Below are positions 12,741-26,722 of a stretch of 64,000 nucleotides of DNA, piece after piece. Each line of letters opens with the position of its first letter. The first letter of the stretch is position 1. The notes below the pieces were generated by a model. The model searched no databases. It saw only the letters and a list, made by a program, of their open reading frames with translations, and was not told the origin of the DNA. A program made the translations under genes and the position numbers. Source of the stretch: Camelus dromedarius. Lineage: Eukaryota. The DNA lies in NCBI RefSeq assembly GCF_036321535.1, contig NC_087437.1, positions 106,084,001 through 106,148,000 of the forward strand, written 5' to 3'.

Positions 12741-14789
12741 TGTGGAGGGATTTTTTAAGATATTTAACTGGACATTATGGAGGTATGCACTCTCTGTTGT
12801 CAAGAGATTGCACTAAAAATAATTAATTTGCTTTTCAGTTATCTCTAGATATCAGCTGAGTGTTGCAGCAGAACAATGAGATATATACGCTTTAATGGAC
12901 CATGCAACATAATGCCAACCAGAAGCTCTGAACAGTTAGCACAAAGGTCGTGTTTTCCATGCCCGTGCGAAAAGTACTGGATTTTCATGCTAACAACTCA
13001 AAAAAAAAAAAAAAAGAGAGATAAAAATAAAACTTGGAAAAACCTCTAACAACCCATAAAATTTGTACTAACTATAGTCAAAATTCCATGGTTATCTTCA
13101 AAGAACAGTATCCACCAACCATTTTATTATAAAGGATAGAGAAACTAAGGACCCTCAAGCGATGTACCATGTTCAACAGAATCCCAGTCCTCTGCATCTT
13201 AACCCACGCCAGTATTATGATCTGCTAAGGAAATCTGGGCTCTTCAGCCTATGGGTCCCTAAATGCCACTGAGCCTCACACATTAGTATATTTGAGAAAG
13301 GTTTCAAGCATTCAAGGGGCCGTGCCATTCAATTTAGGTGACCATCACATGCTGTGGGATTCCTGTCCTTTCAGCCAGTCTTTTTGGACGCTTGAAAATG
13401 ACCACAGCTGCTATGAGTCAGCGCTGTTTAACAGCAGCGTGCAAAGCTGCCAAGTTTGGATCGGTGGCGTTGTTCCTTTCTCTGGGTAATTCAGCTCCTT
13501 GGCTGATCTGTATCCTGGACTGCCACACCCACACATTTAAAAATATTTAACTTTAGTCACAGCAGACCTAGATAAGCACTTAGCCATGTCTGCTTTCAAG
13601 TAGGAATTACGAGTTCATGACTGATTCCATGTATTGGCCCACCCGTCGGATAAACCACCTGATGGTATCATAGAAAATAGTTTCTCTTCTCCACGAACAG
13701 GTTGGCCAGCATCTCCAACCCCGGTAGTTCTGTATCATGGAACTAGAGCTGCTGCCTTCTGCTTCCTGAGCCAAACTCCAAGGTCCACAGGAATCAACTG
13801 GAGTCCTGGAAGATCCAGATACTGCCCCATGTGCAGATTCCTGCAAAAATAAACTGAATCCCTGCCTTAGTCAGCTCCAGGAAAGCACCAGTCATAGCTG
13901 GATCATATGTCATCCAACCGCAAGACCAAACTGTCTCTTCAAATGTTAGAAACACCTCAATCCATAAAGTAGGAATTAGCTAGAACCCTGGACCCACTGT
14001 AAGAACAAGAGAGACTAGTAATTTGATTCTCCTTTAAGTCAACGTTGTTTGAATATTCGTTCAACATTCCTTAGCAGGAATATGGAGATACTAATTTTCC
14101 ATTCTAGCAAATCACCTACAACTCTTTAATGTATACTTATTTTTTGTATTATGCCAATGAGAAAATGTATTGAGAAACATATGAAATCATTTAATATGTA
14201 AATCATAAAGCAAATCACAGGTTTCTGGTAAACTTCCCTATAGTATCTTAGTTGGGCAATATGTCAAAAGCCATCATCCATATGGTCCGATATGAATAGT
14301 GTTTCAATCAAGAGAACAAAGTCCAGTGACTAAAATAACTCATTTGTCACCTTCTGTAACAGTTGGGATTGCAGTTGACTGATTGGTTTACTTACCCTAC
14401 AATGGCTTTTTTAAATTAACTTTATGAAGTTGTTGCTGTAAGTATGAAGTCATTTTACAGAATGGCTTAAATTATTAATGTGTGCTGCTTATTCTCAATC
14501 TCCCCACTTACCTTCACCAATCTCTGCCCTGTTCCAGGTCCCAGGAGGCTGACTTCCACAGATAGCCTTACTCAAGCTCTTCTGTCCTCTGGCTTAAGTG
14601 GGAAGAGAAAGGATCTCGTATTTATTTCCCATAATCTCCACCCCCACCCCTTTTACTTGTGTAGCTACAGTTCTGGCAAAGTTACTTTCCTTTGTAGTCA
14701 CAGGTCATATGAGGCAGCATCTCTTCTGACTAAAGTTTTTTCTGGCTCCAGTGAGTACTGTCCCTCCCTTAACTGATCAGAATCCCCAC

Positions 14790-15093
14790 CTTCTTTTTTT
14801 TTCTTTTTAACATTTTTTATTGAGTTACAGTCATTTTACAATGTTGTGTCAAATTCCAGTGTAGAGCACAATTTTTCAGTTATACATGAATATACGTATA
14901 TTCATTGTCACATTTTTTTCGCTATGAGCTACCACAAGATCTTGTAATCTTGTATATATTTCCCTGTGCTACACAGTATAATCTTGTTTATCTATTCTGC
15001 ATATGCCTGTCTGTATCTACAAATTTTGAATTCCCAGTCTGTCCCTTCCCACCACACCCCTTGGCAACCACAAGTTTGTATTCTATGTCTATG
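14790..15093 (-). mobile_element. Young L1 3'UTR fragment
   Basis: Reverse complement of the 11.3-11.55 kb 3'UTR with a T-rich tail. TSD AGAATCCCCAC at 14779-14789 and 15094-15104. Confidence 0.9.
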
Positions 15094-15142
15094 AGAATCC
15101 CCACTATTTCTAGTGGTGTTGCACCATCTCTTGTTAGTTCCT

Positions 15143-15762
15143 TGTTGGTTGATTTTATGTATCAATTTGACTGGGTCTCAAGGTGCCCAGATATTTTGTC
15201 AAACATTATTCTGAGTGTGTCTATGGAGGCAGACTGAGTAAAGCACATTGTCCTCCTAACGTGGGTGAGCCTCATCCAACTGGTTAAAGGTCCAAATAGT
15301 ACAAAAAGGCTGACTCTCTACCAAGTAAGAGAGAATTGTCCTGCCTGTTGGCCTGTGAACTTGGACATCAGTTCTTGGCTCTACAGTAGCCTGTTGACTT
15401 CAGGCTCAAACTAAGATGCTGGTTCTGCAGACTGTAGACTTGCCAACCTCATAATCATTTAAGCTAGCAGGAAGGAAGGAAGGAAGGAAAGAAGGAAGGA
15501 AGGAAGGAAGGAAGGAAGGAAGGAAGGAAGGAAAGGAAGGAAGGATGGAAGGAAGGAAGGAAGGAAGGAAGGAAGGAAGGAAGGAAGGAAGGAAGGAAGG
15601 AAAGGAAGGAAGGATGGAAGGAAGGAAGGGAGGAAGGAAGGAAGGAAGGAAGGAAGGAAGGAAGGAAGGAAGGAAGGAAGGAAGGAAGGAAAGGAAGGAA
15701 GGATGGAAGGAAGGAAGGAAGGAAGGAAGTCTATTGATTCTATTTCTCTCAAGGACTCTGGT
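15143..15762 (+). mobile_element. MLT2-family LTR containing a GGAA microsatellite expansion
   Basis: TGGTTGATTTTATGTATCAATTTGACTGGG...CAAACATTATTCTGAGTGTGTCT start; TCTATTGATTCTATTTCTCT end after the repeat. Confidence 0.75.
15469..15728 (+). repeat. (GGAA)n microsatellite, ~260 bp with interruptions
   Basis: Direct reading; it accounts for the spurious FLPS/RKEG ORFs. Confidence 0.98.
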
Positions 15763-17893
15763 ATATTTCCTTCATCCTTCCTCACACCTCTGTAAAGTCT
15801 CTTCATTAAATTATTTTTAAAGCCTTTTGCTCCACCCCTTGTGTCTGCCAAGACCCTACCTGATACACAAGGTTTTCCTTTTTTCTCTTTTTTCACTTCA
15901 CAATGTCCAGGGGGAGGCAATCCAGTTTCAACGTGGGAGATCCACTGTGTTGCTCCTTCTTTCTCGCTCTCTCACCGCCCTTGGCAAATGATTTCATCAT
16001 GACCTTTCTAAGATGCTCTACGTTTTACAGGGAAAGAGAGAAAGGGAACAAGAGCTTTCTCCCAGCAAGGATTTATTCAGAAAGGTAATTTTCACCTCCC
16101 CATACACTACAGTCCATATCTTACTGGCCAGAATCATGGCCACGGCCGCTCCTACATGCAAGGGCACCCGAGACACTGAGCATGCTGTTACTCAGTCTCT
16201 ATGTTAGAGAAAGGCAAGGGGTGCAGGGACCAGAAAGAGAGTCAAACCATTAAACCTTTAGTACCTGCCACAAGCGGATTTCTTGAATCTCACATCCACT
16301 TTCCCACATGCCAGAGCTGCTCTAATACCTCTTACACACAGTCCCTAAAAAATGGGAAAAAGAAACTTTTCCTCCTGACCCACCTGCAAGACTATTGTCC
16401 TTCGTGTCATCATCCTTGCCTTCTGATTCTGCATAATGAGTCACAGAGCATCCTTCCATCAAGGCAGCCCCATCAAATGGTGCAGAGAGGGATCCAATAG
16501 ACCCAAAGAACCCAGGACCCTCTCACCAGGCAGAGGGAAATGAAATTCTTGAAACACTCCTACATGAATAATGTGTATGCCATCATATTTCTCTTCAGAA
16601 TTTGAGCTACTGACAACTGCCAGCTTCAGGTAGCTATCAACTGACTGGTCTTAGAGCTGTGACACTGTCTGGAGTTACATTGTGTAATTTTTCACTGACA
16701 CAGCACCAGAGTTCTAAATCAAAAAATTACATGTGTAAATTTTTTCTTTCTAAATTTGTAATATCATTACGATCACAAAATGGCTGCCTCATCCCCAGTC
16801 ATCACATCTATGTTCTAAATAGGCTTAATTGAACAGGGGAAGGCCTCCCCTAGTTCCTGGGGAGAGATACAAATTTATGTACCAATTATTACATGTTAAT
16901 AACTACTTAGGGTGTGGTTTGCAGAAAGCTGAGTTAACTGGCACTAGACATCCAATCTACCCCCCTGGCCATTTAGTAACCTTATAATCAGCTCTCTGGG
17001 TATTTGTTCCCTATTTCTCAAGGAATAAAGGAATATCCAAGCACAAAAAGCAGTATCCAGGAAAGAGGAATGTAAACAAGCAAAGAAGGAAGGAAAGTGG
17101 ACCTTTGTCACTGAATCAGCTTCTGGCTTGTGGTGCCCGTCCCAGGCATCTCAGTCGTGCTCAAGCATTCCTCTCTCAGGAGCACCCCCAACACTTAGGT
17201 GCCAGGGATGGGCAGTTCAGTAATACTGGCCTGAAATATTCGGAGGTCAACACTCCAGAAAGACTTCCTGCATTTTCAAAGATCATTGCATCCCTTCTAA
17301 TATAATGACCTAGGAGATATTTGGAAATTATTCTAGAGGAAATTAGTTTAGAGATATTTGGAAATTAGTTAAGAAGCTTCCAAAAATTTCTTTGAAGAGG
17401 CAATGCTCTAATTTCAGTAAATATATGTCGATCTTTCCCATGATAACACCTTCACATAAAATTGCCTTGGCGTTCCCTAGAACTGTCATTCTATTGGTAA
17501 CAGAGCATATTAAATAAACATTCAACCAAAATAAGTACCTTTAATAATGTCTGCCAGTATTTCACATTTTTAGTCATACTTCATAAACTTGATCACATCC
17601 TTTGAATTCAAATAATAATTTTTATTAATCTACTTAGCATAATGCCTGATACTTATTAAATTTAATAAACAATTAGTGATGACAATTATTAGGTTAAATA
17701 ACTTTACATTATAAAGCAAACAGGAAAGAAGTCATGCATGAGAATCCATAGGTATTTCTTCAAGTCTCTACCTGGTTATTGTTTTTATAGCAACACACTT
17801 AAACTGCTGCTAAAAGCCAGCTGTTTTCTGTACATACTACCATACCTTTCCTCCTTAAATCAATCTCACAAATTCTCTTGATTAACCAAGAGT

Positions 17894-18021
17894 TGGGGGA
17901 GGGTATAGCTCAAGTGGTAGACTGCACGCTTACCATACACAAGGTCCTGGGTTCGATCCCCAGTACATCTACTAAACATAAATAAATAAACCTAACTACC
18001 TCCCCCCTTTACAAAAACAAA
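17894..18021 (+). mobile_element. tRNA-derived SINE (camelid Vic-1-like) with 10-bp TSD
   Basis: GGGGGAGGGTATAGCTCAAGTGGTAGA (A box) ... GGTTCGATCCC (B box) and an A-rich tail. TSD AACCAAGAGT at 17884-17893 and 18022-18031. Confidence 0.9.
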
Positions 18022-18744
18022 AACCAAGAGTAGAATGACTCACTATGTCAACAGTTACTCTGAATCACAGACACCACAGTGTTGTGGATACAGCAGGCAG
18101 CGGTGGAACATACAGTATTCAAAAGTCATATGGTGTTGATAGACATGTATCCTAAAGCGTGTCCGTCTCTGGACAGCAAATTACAAAGGGATCCTTTCCC
18201 TCCCTCGAAGTTTACATTTTAGTGGAAGCACCTTCATGTGATCATCAGTAAGTCTTTTCAGACCACTGCCCAGGCTCATTGCTTTGCAATCTCATACTGC
18301 TTTGGAGATCCGAGTTCACTAAATGGGGCCCATAAATGATAAGCTTTAGTGGTATATTTTAAATAACCAGGGAGACTTTTCTCTTTAACAAAACTAGTCT
18401 CAACACTTACGAATCATTTGTAGCTTACATGGGGAAAAAAGGGAGCACTAAGAAATGACCAGAGAGATTTTCCTCAGTTTATACACAGGAAGAACATTCC
18501 AGCCTCAAATTCAAAATCGCATCCTCTCTGAAGGCCAGTAAGAATTGCAATCCTCTTGGTTCTGCCATAGGACTAATCAGTGCATCAAAAACAGAGAATA
18601 ACGAATTCCTGTTTCTTAGAGAAAATGGCTGTGACAGCACCAGCATACGTGCTAGATGCCAAATACTCCTCACCAAGTAGACAGCAGTGATGAGTGTCCC
18701 CAATGCAAGAACAGCATAGTATCTAAGACCAGTAAAATAAGCAC

Positions 18745-18960
18745 GTTAATATAATTAGCACTTTCTTTGTGGCAGGTATTACCATAAATTCTTTACATAA
18801 AAAAACTCACTTAATCCCCACCCCAACCCTATCTGGGAAGAACTATTATTGTCTCTCTTCTAAAGAGGAAGGAAACAGGGACAGGGAAGTTAAGTCATTT
18901 TGATCAGCAGCAGCAGCTAGAAATTAACAGCCTATCCCCAGAATCTGTGATCTTACCTTC
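18745..18960 (-). mobile_element. MIR SINE relic
   Basis: ACTATTATTGTCTCTCTTCTAAAGAGGAAGGAAACAGGGACAGGGAAGTTAAGTCATTT. Confidence 0.6.
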
Positions 18961-21900
18961 ATGCTGACCTAAGGGCATATATTCCACCATCAAGAACCAG
19001 GAAAAAAAATTTTTGGGGGGGGAGAAAGATGTGAGAATACTCACAGGTGAGGGATGAGATTGAACAGAAAAACAAAGGACTAGTGAGTGACGCACTGTTC
19101 AATAAAAAGAGCATTTTAATCAGAGGATACTCCGATTCCGCTTGCATTAGACACAGAGATGAAAATACATCTTTTTCCTGTGGCTGTTATTATTTTTGTT
19201 GTTTTGCTTGAGGTCTATCTAGTAGTTGATCCTTTCAGTGAACTGTCTGCCTTGAATGTATTTACTAGAATTTCTTTTTGAATTCATAATTTTCTGCTTT
19301 AATCTTTTTTATTCAGTCCTGCATTACAGATTTATGATAAAATGCCTGGAGCATTTTAGCTAAGAGTTCTGAAGTTTTGCTAAAGATTGGGATCGATGAG
19401 TAAATAACAATCTCAGTTTTGTCTGTGCATCAAGAGCTGGGCAGCACGGAGATCCAGCTATTCTGGGAGGCAGGTCTCTTGAGTTTTATCTTATTGGTCA
19501 GAAAAATAGCTTCACCAAGTGCAGATAATTTAGCAGGAATAGGAAGCTTCTAACAGAGCAGAATGGCCTTACTGACTCTCCAGCAGCCATTAGAACACAC
19601 CTGCAGATCAAGGAACCAACCCACCTGGGGTTGCCCAAGACTTTGCTGGGATTCCTGGAGCCAGGGCTGTCTTTGGCCTTGGGTGAGACAGTCCGAGGCT
19701 GAGGGAAAGAACGGAGGCTTCAGAAAAAGACATATCTCAGCTCTGTCTCTGCCACTTACAGTACAACGTGGGACAAATCTTTTAAACTGAGACCCCATTT
19801 TCCTTATCTGTAATATGCACACAACGGCCCCATGACTTTTTGAGAACTTAATGAGAAATCATGAAAGATGCCTGGTAAAATGTCTGACATAAAGTAGTTG
19901 CCCAGCAAATGGTAGGTGTGACTAGTATATTCCAGGAATTCTAAAATCAAATAGTAACTATATAAGTCACTTTGTCTAGACAGGTGGGTTGGATCTTATT
20001 TAAGGGGAGTGTCTATGACCATGATTATTTCAGTTTTTAAAAAGTCAGTTCATTTGATGGGATTTATTTGTCAAAAAATCCATGTTGACTCATGCCCAAC
20101 TGTAAGATCCAGCACTTTCAAAACTCATTCATAAGTAACATCTAAATCATTTTTTTCTAAAGTAAATATTTAAATTAAGAATATAATTGCCTACTACTCA
20201 CAGAAGCATTTTCCTTTCAGTAAAATTTTAGGAAGAAAATTATTCAAAATGTCTAACAATCTCACTTAAACTATGATGCTCTACACTAACCTAGGTTTTT
20301 ATCTAACAAAGAGCTCTGGTTTATATTAAGTACATTTTTGAATGTCAGTTAGAAAAGAACTGATGTATAATCCTATGCTTTAAATTCTTTAAATTGACAA
20401 ATTCTTTAAATAGGTTCCCTAGAATAAGTTACATTCAATTCTATCATTTTGATTTTTGCATTGATAAATAACGTTTTTCACCAGTGATTACTTTTGTGTC
20501 CTATGTTCTTCTCTCAATGTCAAATACAATTTCCTATGCTTGAATTTTTAATAAAACAAAAATAGGAGGCACTTTGATTAATTAATTTTAAAATGCAGTC
20601 TCTGATTATCCATCTTCTATGATAGAAGGGCTTTAATTCACAATTCCAAATATGGATGAAACAGTGAGGCACTGGAATCTACTTTATCTACTTAAGTCTT
20701 TTCTCTTCCATTGAGTACTACATTGAATAAGGATTTTCAAATCTTACCCAATATTTTATTACTAAAATTATTTTTCAACTTTATTTTTAAGAACCATTTT
20801 ACATTTGAGCCCATAAATGTTTCAGTTTATGACATGATACAATTGAAGCTAAGCAGTTAAAAGATTCTGAGAAGGAAACTTGAATTGCTCAGAGAAAGTG
20901 TGAAATCCCATGTGTTACTAAAATCAAAGGACTGTCTTGACCAAAATTTTCTGAATACGTGGCAGGTGGATAATTCATTTAAAAAACTCCCCACCCACAT
21001 TGTTCTCTGAAGCGTGTCTCAAAGTCCCATTCCTGAGCATAGAAAACAGGTTGGTTTCCTTTTATCAACGTGTGCTTTTTTTACATGTAACATTCAATCT
21101 TGGGACATTACAGGAAATGTGATTTAGATTCTTCTCGTTACTGCAACATCACACACACACACATAAAAAATACCCTCTTCGAACTGCTCGTGTTCCCTCT
21201 TAAACATCAGCTCTTTAAGTAAATTCAGTATTTTAAGAAACAAAGGGCTGCCTTTTCCACTTCTTAAAATCTATTTCATATCAGGTCTTGTTCTCTACTC
21301 CCAGATTTCTGATAACCTGAGATGAGTCCAGGTGATACATTCAAAGACCACGTTAAACATTTTCAGCCTGGGACTCGAAAGTTTGAGTATGTTTCAAGTT
21401 GAGTGGAGGAGGTTCTGAACAAAAGTCTTTATCTTCCTAATATATTACACTTGTAAAGGAGCACACTGGGTCTGTTAAAGAAGCGAATAGTTACTAATCA
21501 AATTTGTTGCCAACGTTACAAGCAAGTTACTTTACAATTGGCTGATTGGGAACTTCGGGAGCACAAAGAATCAAGTGATTATTTCCTCAAATGCTTTTAA
21601 ACTGTGTTGTTATTACCACGCTGCAATTCCACCCACTAAATTGAATCAGCCAAGCAAAACCAAAATCACCTGAATGCCTAAGAGAGCACGTCATTAATCA
21701 GCAGTTCAGTTCTGATCCTTAGGAGAAAAATCTAAAATGAATAATAAATGAAGTTGAAGGATCTCAAACTTTCACTAACATCAAATACACACTACCATCA
21801 CCAAACAGAATTCATTTATTGGTGGGACAAAGGGATGTGAGTAGGTTTCTGAGAGGTCATGTTGAAACATTTACTTTCATTTTTGGAGGCTTAACTCTTT

Positions 21901-22683
21901 TCTGAATTGCTGTTTATTAGCAAAATGAACTGAAAGTCCACTAAAGACTTTTTATTCTTCCGCTTGATCTGGCTATGAAATTTGGTCCTACTATTAGAGG
22001 TAGATAATTCAGCCTGAGAGTAATCTAAAAAATAAAACCAGGTCTACATTTTTCATCTAGTACATCTTATGGTATGTAAATTGCTCCTGCAGATATCCTG
22101 ACCTGTTTTTTTTTTAATGAAAATTTTTCAAAAATCATGAAAGTAGATGTTATTTTCTCATTTTTCTCACCAATCACTTTTCACTGAAATATTATTGCAC
22201 ATTTTAGAGAACCTTAAAACTGTTTTATTGTAATAATAAAATACAAATATTCTAAGTAGGTTTAATTTTTATGCACTACAAATTTAAGGCTTAAAAACTT
22301 ACTTTGTAAGAATGAACAATGCTTTGCCTGTTAAATAAAAACTAAAGAAAAATGAGTATTATCTGTAATTGAAATAGAATATAACCAAGTTGTTCAGATT
22401 GCCATTTTAGAAAATTGGTATCATCGTTGTGCATTTAGGTCATTTTCCCCATTTATTATAAATTCAGATTTCTAATAGAATGGAATATAATACTTAAATT
22501 GTATAAGAAGATATTTCCAAAACACTGAAAACTTCTTCATCTGTGAAATCAATAGATTTCTGTGATTTGTTGTGAAATTTTCACCAAATCTTCATGTTTG
22601 TAAAAGTCAGCTAAAAGCTTCTTCAGTATTTTAATTGTTAATTTGACTAGCATTTAAAAAATTTTCTCTAATGAATTTTTGTT

Positions 22684-22825
22684 TAATTCCTAGAACCTAT
22701 GAATATCTTACATCACATGGCAAAGGGAGTTGAGGTTGAAGATGGAATTAAGGTTGCTATTGGGCTGACCTTAAAAGAGGGAGATTTCCTGGATTATCTG
22801 GGTAGACCCCATGTCATCACAAGTG
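22684..22825 (+). repeat. 142-bp near-identical copy of 23483-23624 (internal MLT1D fragment)
   Basis: The ORF track shows identical peptide starts at 22699 and 23498; manual alignment gives 2 mismatches. Confidence 0.95.
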
Positions 22826-23437
22826 CAAATAAAAATAATCTCCCTGATTCTAAGTACTTTGCACACCTTGTAAAAATTTTAGATAATGTCATTGCTTCTC
22901 ACACTCTCTGGCTCTGTAAGTCCTTCCTTGTAAGCCATTTCTAACATTGTTCTTACTGTGGTAAAGCTAATTGAAAAATAAAGTGATGAATGCTAGTGAT
23001 GAAATTTTAAGAACAGCAGCTATTACTGCATAACACCAAGCAAAAGGGTGCTATCTGTCCTTCTTCACAGCTGGAATTAGAGGAGGGCTCATTACAATCA
23101 CTTGCTACAACTCACTCTCTACATTTTAACCATGTAACTCACAGCATTGGGAGGAATAGAGTAGCTTGCCCAAAGACAAAGGATAAGATGTGCCTAGAAT
23201 TCAAAAATGTAGTTGATAACAGAAGGGAAAAGCAAGCCAGAAAATGTCAGATCTGGACGTCAGCTAGGCTGATGGGGATGAGAGTGCAGGAGGTACAGAA
23301 GAGATGGGGTCAAAGGAGGGGACCACAGGCAAGAGATCAACCCCTCTAGAGAGAGGGGTGCCTAGAGGAAAAAAGTCAAGAGATCAGTTTTATGTTACCC
23401 AAATAAGAAAAGACAAGAAGTAGATTGCAAGGAATCA

Positions 23438-23952
23438 TGGTAGACAGGATAATGTCACCCCCCGCAAAAGATGTCCATGTTCTAATTCCTAGAACCTATG
23501 AATATCTTACATCACATGGCAAAGGGAGTTGAGGTTGAAGATGGAATTAAGGTTGCTATTGGGCTGACCTTAAAAGAGGGAGATTTCCTGGATTATCTGG
23601 GTAGACCCAATTTCATCACAAGTGTTCTTAAGAATGGAAGAGGGAGACAGAAGAGAATTGGAGAAAGGGATATGACAAGGCAAGCTGGCTCAGAGAAATG
23701 CTATGTTGCTTTCAAAAATTAAAAGGGGACCCTCCAGCCAAGGAATAAGAGCAGCCTCTTGAAGCCAGAAAAAGCAAGGAAACAGATTCTCCTTATAACC
23801 TCAAGGAAGAGATATACCCCTACCAACACCTTGTGTTAGCCCAGTGCTCAGTGTCCAACTCTGACCTACAGAACTGTGAGAGAATGAACTTCTGCTGTTG
23901 TTTTAAGGCACTAAGTTTGTGGCAATTTGTTGCTAGTGATAGAAAACTAACA
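23438..23952 (+). mobile_element. MaLR LTR (MLT1D-like)
   Basis: TGGTAGACAGGATAATG...AAAGATGTCCATGTTCTAATTCC...TTTTAAGGCACTAAGTTTGTGGCAATTTGTT...AGAAAACTAACACA. Confidence 0.85.
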
Positions 23953-24219
23953 CAGATCTATGCCCAATGACTGAGAACAAACTAAAGGGGGCAAACAATA
24001 TATTAAATGTGTTTGTTGAAAAAAATGGAGAAATGAGTGAATAAAGGAACATAGGGCAATTGGCAACCATATTCTGGGCTCCATCAAAGATAAGAGTCAC
24101 CAGCCGCACAGCATGATAATAACAATCCATAGACTCAGTATCATTTTCCCTGAAGATTTCCGTTCTATAGAGTGTCGATAAAACATGTCTAATGAAGATT
24201 ATGTGTTAAAAATCAGGCT

Positions 24220-24623
24220 GAAACAAACACATGAAGAGGTGCTCAACATAGCTAATCATCAGGGAAGTGCATATCAAAACCACAAGATATGACTTCACAC
24301 CTGTTAGAATGGCTGTCATCAAAAAGACAAGAAATTGCAAGTGTTGGCAAGGATGTGGAGAAAAGAGGACACTTGGGCATTGCTGGTAGAAATGTAAATT
24401 GGTACAACCACTATGGAAAACAGTATGGAGGCTCCTTGGAAAATTAAAAATAGAACCACCATACAATCCAGGAATTCTACTTCTGAGTGCACATCTGAAG
24501 GAAATGAAATCACTATCTTGAAGAGATATCTGCACTTCTGTGTTCATGGCAGCATTATTTACAATAGCCAATACATGGAAACAACGTAAGTGTCTATAAA
24601 TGAATGAATGGATAAAGAAAATT

Positions 24624-24659
<36 letters not shown>

Positions 24660-25174
24660 CAATGAATATTACTCAGTTATAAAAAAAAAAGAAAGAAATC
24701 TTGTAACAACATGGATGAAACTTGAGGGCATCATGCTGAGTGAATAAGTCAAATAGAGAAAGAAAAATATGGCGTGATCTCACTTACACGTGGAATTTTC
24801 TGTTTCTCATAGAAACAGAGAACAGAGTGGCAGTTGCAAAGGTATTGGGGGGGTAGGTAGGGAAATGGGTGAAGGTGGTCAAAGGGTATAAACTTCCAGT
24901 TATAAGATGAGTAAGTTCTAGGGATGTCATGTACAGCATGGTGACCATAGTTAACAATACTGTATTGTATATTTGAAAGTTGCTTAGAGAATAGATTTTG
25001 AAACTTCTCACCACAGAAAAGGAATTGTAACTATATGAGGTGATGGGTGTGTTAATTAACGTTTTTGTGATAACCACTTTTCAATATATACATATGTATA
25101 TAAAATCACTACGTTGTGTACCTTAAACTTACCCAGTGTTATCTGTCAGTTATATCTCAATAAAGTAAGAAAAA
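24220..25174 (+). mobile_element. L1 (L1MA-like) ORF2 end, 3'UTR and A tail
   Basis: CACATGAAGAGGTGCTCAACAT...TATATCTCAATAAAG. TSD TAAAAATCAGGCT (24207-24219) / TAAAAATCATGCT (25175-25187). Confidence 0.9.
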
Positions 25175-25599
25175 TAAAAATCATGCTATCTCCTGATTCC
25201 CCCAAGTTATTGTGGCAGTTGATCAAGACAGACAAAATGGTATTACCTTATAGCTGCTGACAAAAGTCCAGAAATTAGCCCAACTCCACCCTACTCTCTT
25301 CCTCCCACCATAAAAAACACCTACCAGTCAGACAACCTTACCATGCTCTCTATATCCCCTGAGTCTTCTGCCTCTGCCTGGCAGGCTCTCCAGGCCTCCC
25401 CATCAACTGGTTAGATTCTAATTACCATTTACCTTAGAGGTTTCCTCAGAGAAATCTTCATTTGGCTACTGAGTTGGTTCATTCCTCTACTGCATGTCCT
25501 CTATTTTATGACATTTGTTTAGTGACTGGTATTTCCCAGCACACCCTATAACAGGAACACTGGTAGAGCCCAACAGCACAGAAGAGGGCTTGGTAAGTC

Positions 25600-25740
25600 G
25601 GGAAGGTATAGCTCAGTGGTAGAGGGCATGCTTATCTTGCATGAGGTCCTGGGTTCAATCCCTAAGACCTCCATTAAAGTAAACAAATACATAACAAATT
25701 AATAAATAAATTTTAAAAATCTAATTAGCCCCCCAAAAAA
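25600..25740 (+). mobile_element. tRNA-derived SINE (Vic-1-like), more diverged copy
   Basis: GGGAAGGTATAGCTCAGTGGTAGAG...GAGGTCCTGGGTTCAATCCC, followed by an A-rich tail and CCCCCC-AAAAAA as in the 17.9 kb copy. Confidence 0.85.
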
Positions 25741-26210
25741 TAGGAGGATAAGAGTACACTCAGAAGAATGCCTTGGTCAACCATATTCATATCAATATGA
25801 GCCCATGCTTGCTGACTTAATTGAACCAAACCTGCTCTCTTGGGCTGTCACAAATGCTCCTAAAAGGCAGAGATAGGATCTACCTTGCTCATCACTCACT
25901 CCTCAACAACCAGTACTGACACAAGACAGGCTCCTGGCACATTTCTGTGGGATGAAAATACTAGAAGTCCAAAACAATAAATTCAAGAAATCCATTCTCA
26001 TATTCCAATTTTCATTCCTGCGACCAAGATGAGTGTTTGGGGCTACAATTGATATTCTCTTCAAAGTTAAAGTCATGCTACTTTTTATACTTTACCTTTC
26101 CAGAAAGAAGAATAAATATTTGTTTAATTTATATTTTCAGCTTTCATATATTAATAAAATAAAAGTATATTGTGTCCTATTTGTGTGTACATAGAAATAT
26201 ATACACACCC

Positions 26211-26722
26211 TGTATTAGTCAGGGTTCTCCAGAGAAACAGGACCAATAGGAGATAAATAGAAAGATGGATAGATGGATAATAAAGAGATATAACTGTAGA
26301 CTTCTCATAAGGCATTGGCTCACATTATGTATTATGGAGGCTGAGAAATCCCACAATCTGTCTGCAGGCTGGAGACCCAGGAAAGCCAGTGGTGTGGTTC
26401 CAGTGCAAGTCCAAAGGCCTGAGAAGCAGGAGAACCAATGGTGTAAGTCCCAGCCCAAGAGCATAAGACCAATGTCTCGGCTCATGCAGTCAGGCAGAGA
26501 GCAAGTTCTCTCTTACCCCAGCTTTTATTCTATTCAAGCCCTCAACAGATTGAATGATGCCCACGCAAACTGGGAAGGGCAGTCTGCTCTACTCAATCTA
26601 TGAATTCAAATGCTAATAACTTCTGAAAACACACCCACAGACACACTCAGAAATAATGTTTGACCAAATATCTGGGCACCCCCTGGCCCAGGTGAGTTGG
26701 TATGTAAAATTAACTATTGCAC
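26211..26722 (-). mobile_element. MLT2-family LTR
   Basis: TGTATTAGTCAGGGTTCTCCAGAGAAACAG ... ACACACTCAGAAATAATGTTTGACCAAATATCTGGGCACC...AAAATTAAC. Confidence 0.9.

Noticed and set aside
15459..15920. 153-aa and 91-aa repetitive ORFs
   Set aside because: Translations of the GGAA microsatellite.
17895..17970. tRNA-like sequence with A and B boxes (also at 25600-25670)
   Set aside because: Followed by a SINE body and A tail, and here flanked by a TSD; a tRNA-derived SINE, not a tRNA gene.
22699..23722. Two ORFs with identical N-termini suggesting a duplicated small gene
   Set aside because: Both lie in MLT1 LTR sequence; the identity is due to the 142-bp DNA duplication.
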